Origin: Bacilli bacterium
GTDB taxonomy: Bacteria > Bacillota_I > Bacilli_A > RFN20 > CAG-826
DNA length: 41,656 nucleotides
Assembly: GCA_041676005.1 (NCBI GenBank)
Contig: JBAYST010000001.1
Span: 1-41,656, forward strand
Direction: 5' to 3'
In this document: positions 35,999 to 41,656 of the stretch, one piece after another
How the letters are laid out: each line of letters begins with the position of its first letter
Numbering within the stretch: position 1 is the stretch's first letter
Program-made: the position numbers and the translations under genes
Notes under the pieces: generated by a model
Told to the model about the DNA's origin: nothing
Databases searched by the model: none
What the model saw: the letters and a program-made list of their open reading frames with translations, nothing else

Positions 35999-38164
35999 AT
36001 GAAGAGTTTAGGAAGAAAGAAATTTATTATCTCATCACTTTTATTTTGGGTTGCGCTAGCACTGATCGCTGTGCTCACCGAAAGAGTTTATATTTTAGGA
36101 TCGACAATAAATTTAGGTGAAGGGGTTATCCCGATGATGCCAAACGAAGTTTTTGGTGCTTTTGCGGTCCTGACATTTATTGCGTATTTTATTTATATTT
36201 ATTTCGAGTTTTATATCGCAAAGACAAAAAAAAACTTTTTCCTTGCCGGACTCTTGCTTTTGTTTTTCCTCATCGGAACGTTTGCGATTTGGTTTAATTC
36301 GACATATCCCTTTAGTCTTGAAGGAACTGGTTTTCTCAACGAAGCTGGTCTAATACTCAAACTCACGTATACGATATTACTCGGCTTTAGCCTTTTAGCG
36401 ATATATGCGATTTTAGCAATTTTTCCAAAAAATAAGGTGAGCAGTAAAACACTCAATTGGTTTTATTATGCAGTCGCCTTACTCGGACTTGTTTCTATTG
36501 TCGTTTCTTTGATTAAAGAATTCGACATGTACACCGCAGTATTTACCGGCGGTATTGAACTGAGATACATCACGATTAGATCTTTTTATCTCACTGAAAA
36601 CACTTATGGAGTAATGTTACTCCTTTCATTTATTGCTTTAGGTTTGATCAACTATCAACGTCCAGTTTGGTGGAGATATATTTTTATGATCGTCTTTGCT
36701 CTAGCGACGATATTTACAACATCTCTTTTATGCATTGTTTTATTAGGAGTTTTTGCCTTAACATATTTCATTTCAATCATCGTTAAATTATTCAAAGAGA
36801 AGAATAAGAAAGCAGCGCTCGCTCATCTTCTTGTAATTCCGATACTGATCGCCATTTGTGTGAGTATTTTTGTTGTTTTAAATCATTTTAACATCACGCC
36901 AGTTACTAACTTTTTTGACTTTATTGCAAAATCAATTTTTGAAAAAGATTATGATTCTTTATCTAATCGGATTCCGAATTGGCAAAATGCATTGAAATTA
37001 ATCGTCACACCTTTAGATTGGATAATCGGTCAAGGTTTTAATGCTTTTGGCGATAATGTCGCTTTATATAGTGAAATTGATGGAAGATATTGGTTGAGGT
37101 ATGTCGATTCTGGTTTGGTGTCGATTATCGGTTCGTTTGGTCTTATCGGTTTACTCGCTTATGCTGGATTGATCATCTATGTCATCCATATGTTCAAAGT
37201 CGCTGCTAAAAATGGTCGTTTACATAAAGTTCTCATGCCCTTTATCGCATTTTTAATCATCTTAGGACATGGAGTGTTTGAAGATACGATTTTCTTTATT
37301 GCAAACACAAAAGGACTCGTCATCACCATCATGTTAGTTTTACCAATCGCCATCGAATATAACGCCGCAAAACATCCAGAACTCGTCAAAGAGTATATTT
37401 CAGAAGAAAATATCATGCACACACCTCAAGGTGTTGCTTTTGATCATGCCGCGAATGTTTTAAGTGCTCTTTTCATCGCTTTAGCGATTTCTTTATTTGG
37501 GGTCTCGTTAATTTGGATCGGAGATCTAGGACAAAACCGTGATGTTTTTATAATTACGCTTTCACTTGGAATGATGTTTCTCGCCCTTTTCTTCACCTAT
37601 CCATATCTCATCAAAATCTGGGGTCATAAGTTAAAGAAAACCGGTTTTGTTTCCACACTTTTTTTTAGTCTTATTTTCACGATTGGTTTAAGTGCACTTT
37701 TAGGTTTAATATTTTATATTATTTCTTATAATCTTATCATTGCAATCATCTTCTTTGCCGTAGGCGTGATCTCGATTTCACTTTTTGAAGTCGTGATTTA
37801 TATCTTGATATATAGCCAAATCGAAGGATATCTAAAATTCTTGAAAGAACAGATTACTTCAACTGCAGTGAATACAATTTTAACTCTTTTTGTCTTTTCC
37901 ATTGTCGCTTTATTCAGCGCTTATTTCATTCCGATTTCACTCTTTTTATTCAGCGCTTATCTCATCGCGTTTAGTCTTATTTATCTCACCTCACTAATTC
38001 TTTTAATCAACAATACCCAAAAGAAAAATAAGTGGGTTGAATCAGTCAATTACTACAATGATGTTTATTTAAGAAACGTCCGGACTAATCTTCTTATAGA
38101 CCCATCTCTAAAAGTTTTAATAGACGAAACTGAAGATGATTCGGTCCAAATTGAGCAGATTTAA
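35999..38164 (+). CDS. O-antigen ligase/polymerase-like (Wzy_C-type) membrane protein with about 250-aa extra C-terminal multi-TM region
   Basis: IRSFYLTENTYGVMLL and SNRIPNWQNALKLIVTPLDWIIGQGFNAFG...YVDSGLVSIIGSFGLIGLL follow the Wzy_C pattern. SD AAGGAGG. 721 aa. Confidence 0.6.
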   Translation: MKSLGRKKFIISSLLFWVALALIAVLTERVYILGSTINLGEGVIPMMPNEVFGAFAVLTFIAYFIYIYFEFYIAKTKKNFFLAGLLLLFFLIGTFAIWFNSTYPFSLEGTGFLNEAGLILKLTYTILLGFSLLAIYAILAIFPKNKVSSKTLNWFYYAVALLGLVSIVVSLIKEFDMYTAVFTGGIELRYITIRSFYLTENTYGVMLLLSFIALGLINYQRPVWWRYIFMIVFALATIFTTSLLCIVLLGVFALTYFISIIVKLFKEKNKKAALAHLLVIPILIAICVSIFVVLNHFNITPVTNFFDFIAKSIFEKDYDSLSNRIPNWQNALKLIVTPLDWIIGQGFNAFGDNVALYSEIDGRYWLRYVDSGLVSIIGSFGLIGLLAYAGLIIYVIHMFKVAAKNGRLHKVLMPFIAFLIILGHGVFEDTIFFIANTKGLVITIMLVLPIAIEYNAAKHPELVKEYISEENIMHTPQGVAFDHAANVLSALFIALAISLFGVSLIWIGDLGQNRDVFIITLSLGMMFLALFFTYPYLIKIWGHKLKKTGFVSTLFFSLIFTIGLSALLGLIFYIISYNLIIAIIFFAVGVISISLFEVVIYILIYSQIEGYLKFLKEQITSTAVNTILTLFVFSIVALFSAYFIPISLFLFSAYLIAFSLIYLTSLILLINNTQKKNKWVESVNYYNDVYLRNVRTNLLIDPSLKVLIDETEDDSVQIEQI
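36226..36234 (+). repeat. A9 homopolymer in codons 76-79 of the Wzy-like gene
   Basis: aagacAAAAAAAAActtttt encodes KTKKNFF. Confidence 0.9.
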
Positions 38165-38182
38165 AATTTGAATGAGAATGAT

Positions 38183-38215
38183 AAAAAATACCCCTTATAG
38201 GGGTATTTATTTTTT
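38183..38215. terminator. Bidirectional terminator
   Basis: AAATACCCCT tat AGGGGTATTT flanked by A-run and T-run. Confidence 0.75.
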
Positions 38216-38221
38216 AAATGG

Positions 38222-39742
38222 TCATCGTTTAAGACCCGCCTTAGGTCTTTTTTTAAATCCTCCAGTGATCGAAATAAAGATCAAATTGATCACGAGGAAA
38301 TAAGCGATCATAATCGCAATCGAAACCCATAAAGAAGTTGAGGCCAATCCGAGTTCGTGATTCGTATAAACATAACCAGTGAGAAGCAAAACTGGGAACC
38401 CTAAACCGATGGCAACCGTGCTTCCATAAACCAAAGTGTCTGCAGCAGGTGTTTTAAAATGAGGATCGATTTCCCTTAGTAAGGCAATCCCATCAGAAGC
38501 AGTGCCGGTTAAGTTACCATAGAAAATTACAAAGCCTTCTTGAGGATACTTCTTAAAAGCCCGGTTAGTGGTGAACTTGACATAGATAAATGTGATTATC
38601 ATTCCGACTAGACCTAAGGCGATAAGTGAAACAATGATCGTCCAATCGGCGAAGAAGTTTCTGATGTCGATTGCCATAATCGAAGAGATAATCATCACGT
38701 CAAAGACAAAACCCGCGATTCTCTCTAAAAGAAAGTTATTGACATACTCGCGTTTGATGACGTTTTTCTTTTTTAAAGAAGCAATAATCTTTTTGATGAC
38801 CATTGCAAAGATCGTCGCAAAGATGAAATTAAAACCATAGAGGAGGGGAACGATTGTCTTAGATAAGAAGTTGTCTTCTCCTAAAAGTGCTGAAAGTTTA
38901 TCAATTCCAAAAATCACTCCAAAAGTGATCAAATATGTAAGGGCGATCAATGCGACTTGAAGTGTTAGTTTATCAATCGAATCTGAAAGAGGAACTTCGC
39001 CTTTTTTCTCAACGCGTTCTTCACCATCGAGTAAAATCGCATCGTCTTCTCGACGTTTGACTAGTCCTTTTTTAGCCGCGTAATTTAAATAAATTACTCC
39101 ACCGATCGCCGCAGAGGCAAAGCCCATCGTCGAAATCGTCAGACCAAAATTGGTCCCACCTAGGAATCCACCCTGTCCTTCAAAAATAGAACCGATATTC
39201 ATCGCTTGTCCAGGGCCTTGTCCAAAGCCCATCGGAAGGAGCAAACCTGCAAAAGGAGAAACGGTCGAACCAGGGAAAAGACTGAATAAAACCGTGATTA
39301 TAATTCCGACGATTCCTTGAATTAAATATGCACCGATGATGATGAGTCCAGCTCGAAAACTATCTCGTCCCATCTCTTTTGATTTCACCCGCTTAGCATC
39401 GATTGTCTTTAATCCTAACGCGATAAAGCCAATCGCTAAAGCGTGATAGGTCAGGGTTTGTAAGACAGAAGTAAATCCATTAGTCAATAAAGTCTCACTC
39501 GTAAGAGCGAGCTCTGAATATTGAAAGATAATCTTCAAGATCAATCCAATTGCTCCACCGATAAAAGAAACCGGAAGAAGTGACTTTCTGAGAAATGGAA
39601 TAGATCTTCTTAAAACGTTAGATAAAAGAAGCAGTGAAAGGACGATTAAACAGGCGACGACAATCGCCCAAGTGACATTCCAATCACCCGGGACAAAGCG
39701 CAGTGGTTCAGAATCCAAGATTACGGTGTGTGAGATAAACAT
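38222..39742 (-). CDS. gltS: Sodium/glutamate symporter (GltS family)
   Basis: LRRSIPFLRKSLLPVSFIGGAIG parallels the E. coli GltS N-terminal block. About 12 TM. GNLTGTASDGIALLREIDP lies near the C-terminal re-entrant region. SD AAAGGAGTG 7 nt upstream. Confidence 0.7.
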   Translation of the reverse strand: MFISHTVILDSEPLRFVPGDWNVTWAIVVACLIVLSLLLLSNVLRRSIPFLRKSLLPVSFIGGAIGLILKIIFQYSELALTSETLLTNGFTSVLQTLTYHALAIGFIALGLKTIDAKRVKSKEMGRDSFRAGLIIIGAYLIQGIVGIIITVLFSLFPGSTVSPFAGLLLPMGFGQGPGQAMNIGSIFEGQGGFLGGTNFGLTISTMGFASAAIGGVIYLNYAAKKGLVKRREDDAILLDGEERVEKKGEVPLSDSIDKLTLQVALIALTYLITFGVIFGIDKLSALLGEDNFLSKTIVPLLYGFNFIFATIFAMVIKKIIASLKKKNVIKREYVNNFLLERIAGFVFDVMIISSIMAIDIRNFFADWTIIVSLIALGLVGMIITFIYVKFTTNRAFKKYPQEGFVIFYGNLTGTASDGIALLREIDPHFKTPAADTLVYGSTVAIGLGFPVLLLTGYVYTNHELGLASTSLWVSIAIMIAYFLVINLIFISITGGFKKRPKAGLKR

Positions 39743-40934
39743 AGTTATTCACTCCTTTCTTTTTCAGTTCTTCAAAAATCCGCAAAGTTATGAAGTATTG
39801 ATAAATCGAAGCGTTTGATTTCAATCTGATGATAATCGTGGGTAGTGAGTAACAATAGAAAACTAACTTCCTTTTTTGTTGACACCCATAACCTCTTAAA
39901 TCTTCAAAAGGAATTTTAAAGTCGAATTTCTTTCCAATAATAGTGATTCCTTCACTATTTAGTGAAAAGACACATCCATAATAAATCTTTCGTCTTTTTA
40001 AACCCCAACTGATTTTCACTTCGACATCTTCATAAAACGTTTCGTCTAAATGATTTAAGACATATTTTTCATATTCGTCGATCATCGGTCGAGCGAGTTC
40101 ATGGAGTTTATATTTTTGTTCAGCGATTTGAACATACCCATATTCATCATACATACCTTCAAAATCACAATTATTGCAAAAGATTTTATTATCTTCGGTC
40201 GCTAAGACGTGATGATGGTGGCATTTAGGGCAGAAAAAGATTAATCTCTCTAATCCCACTGCAAGCATTTTTCCTTTATAAGGACCAAGATTATTTTCAT
40301 AAGGATCCACCGTTAGATTTTCTTTGATCAATTGTTCTAATTCATCTAGAGGAATCACTTCGATTTGCTGAGGGGATAACTTCAATCTAATCTTTCCTCT
40401 TGTCAGGCCTTTTTTGCGGTATTGTGACCAACGGGGGTTATTAAAATAACCACCTTTTAAGTTATAGATCACGAGTTCGATTCCTAATAGCTTAGCGAGT
40501 TTACCAGGATTATGAAGATTAAAAGATAATTGACTATCATAACTTGAATTACCTTCCGGGAATAAAGCGATTGAACCACCCTCTTTGATCACATCTTTCA
40601 TCCTGCGGATCACATTGATATCTAATGTTCCTTTTTTTATCGGAAGTGGATTCATGAACATCTTTAATAAGAATCCATATTTTGGATTCGTGACGATTTG
40701 TTCATTTGCAACGATATATAAAGGTGCTTTATAAACATAGTAAACTAGAAAAGGATCCAACTCACTTTCATGATTGCAAAGGACTAATTGAGGTGTCTTT
40801 TTATTCTTATGAATAACTTCGCCTTTAAATCGGTATTTAAGTCTAATGATATTAGCGACCACGAGACGATTAAACCAGGCAAAGAAATAATGTCGATAAC
40901 GAACCTCTTTACGACGGCGAAGTTTCTTTTCCAT
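39708..40934 (-). CDS. PlsC-family acyltransferase fused to a Cys4 zinc-ribbon-containing C-terminal domain
   Basis: NHESELD (HX4D) and FPEGNSS boxes in the N-half. CPKC...CNNC in the C-half. 408 aa. The stop overlaps the gltS start by 35 nt. Confidence 0.75.
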   Translation of the reverse strand: MEKKLRRRKEVRYRHYFFAWFNRLVVANIIRLKYRFKGEVIHKNKKTPQLVLCNHESELDPFLVYYVYKAPLYIVANEQIVTNPKYGFLLKMFMNPLPIKKGTLDINVIRRMKDVIKEGGSIALFPEGNSSYDSQLSFNLHNPGKLAKLLGIELVIYNLKGGYFNNPRWSQYRKKGLTRGKIRLKLSPQQIEVIPLDELEQLIKENLTVDPYENNLGPYKGKMLAVGLERLIFFCPKCHHHHVLATEDNKIFCNNCDFEGMYDEYGYVQIAEQKYKLHELARPMIDEYEKYVLNHLDETFYEDVEVKISWGLKRRKIYYGCVFSLNSEGITIIGKKFDFKIPFEDLRGYGCQQKRKLVFYCYSLPTIIIRLKSNASIYQYFITLRIFEELKKKGVNNYVYLTHRNLGF

Positions 40935-41339
40935 ATCTAGTCATCATTATATGTTTCATTTGTAAATACAAAAAGAAAAAAAGCAAAATTGCAATCCAAA
41001 ATCTGATTAGTGTTTTGAGGTAGTGAACCGTTTTAAGCGTTTTAGTTCTTGGAACAAAGTTGTTTTTAAAACCATTTTTTATGAAAACAGTTTGCGTGTA
41101 CTTGTACATATGTGGTTTAATGAGATTGTGATAACAGAAAACGAAAAATGAAAAAATAGTTTTTATCTTTCTTAAAGTGCGTTCGTCTTATTAAAAAGCA
41201 CAATCGTTATTCTGCCATGAAATTCGACTCTGATTATGATGAGTGAGTCATTGATGCATGATGACTTATCATTCATGAGGGTTAGAAAATCGCGATCACT
41301 CGATAATTTCTTTATTCTTATGAAAGGAGAAAAACCATT

Positions 41340-41656
41340 ATGAAATTATTTAAAAAGATTGCTTTCGTTTCCGCCGGTGTGATGATGGCAATCGGACTCG
41401 GATCTGGACTTGTAGCTAACAAGACTCCAGAAAGAGCAAGTGCTGCTCCCCAACTTTTAAATTCCTTTAATTTTTTAGACGGGGGTGATAGCAGCAATTC
41501 TGCGTACGCTAGTACTGACATCGAGACTAATGTTAGTTATGCGGCAGATAATCCTGGAGGTACTTCCGGAACAACTGCTTGGAAAGCTGACTATGCTAAC
41601 CTGAGCTTGACCTACCAAACAAGATTAGGTGGTAAGTTGGTTTCTACAGTTCAAAC
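41340..41656 (+). CDS. Secreted/surface protein of unknown function, 5' fragment (runs off the right edge)
   Basis: Not in the track because it is open-ended. AAAGGAGA lies 8 nt upstream of the ATG. MKLFKKIAFVSAGVMMAIGLGSGLVANKTPERASAAPQ... looks like a signal peptide with an ASA-type cleavage site. The frame is open to the window end. Confidence 0.6.
   Translation, partial: MKLFKKIAFVSAGVMMAIGLGSGLVANKTPERASAAPQLLNSFNFLDGGDSSNSAYASTDIETNVSYAADNPGGTSGTTAWKADYANLSLTYQTRLGGKLVSTVQ

Noticed and set aside
40909-41109. 66-aa reverse ORF upstream of the acyltransferase
   Set aside because: It overlaps the acyltransferase start in another frame, has no SD and has a low-complexity translation. It is most likely promoter DNA.

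Overview
AT-rich (about one-third G+C by eye) bacterial chromosomal window. It uses genetic code 11: TGA terminates tsaE and pcrA, and Trp is TGG. Synteny is Firmicutes/Mollicutes-type. An Acholeplasma/Anaeroplasma-like host is my guess and cannot be proven from this window.

Positions 1.4-21.3 kb are core housekeeping, mostly on the + strand:
- ung
- a TPP riboswitch controlling an unusually long thiT, followed by an unknown membrane protein
- a DUF402 NTP/NDP phosphatase
- tsaE-tsaB-rimI-tsaD
- asnS, followed by an untracked 38-codon membrane ORF
- a convergent, translationally coupled operon of three unknown membrane proteins
- a CxxC lipoprotein
- pcrA-ligA-gatCAB-galE-hydrolase
- tRNA-Arg(CCU) and tRNA-Ala(GGC)

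From 21.6 kb onward the window is a mosaic of short, alternately oriented units dominated by envelope and glycoconjugate functions:
- an orphan leader plus a truncated cation/H+ antiporter stub
- a YfhO-like GT-C membrane protein
- a heterodimeric ABC exporter with one degenerate ATP site
- a CoA-disulfide-reductase/rhodanese fusion
- a GT4 plus acyltransferase pair
- a membrane-anchored XRE regulator
- an LbH acetyltransferase plus GT4 pair
- a SHOCT membrane protein
- desulfoferrodoxin
- a Wzy/WaaL-like protein with a long extra membrane domain
- gltS overlapping a Zn-ribbon acyltransferase
- the 5' end of a secreted protein gene

Two more GT genes sit at the left edge. I saw no CRISPR, transposase, integrase or recognisable defence genes.

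Best candidates for undescribed biology, all unproven:
1. The dispersed extracytoplasmic glycosylation/lipoglycan-type gene set at 22-38 kb.
2. The orphan three-gene membrane module at 9.0-11.3 kb.
3. The riboswitch-like orphan leader and rearrangement scar at 21.7-22.1 kb.
4. A recurrent leaderless-mRNA promoter geometry.
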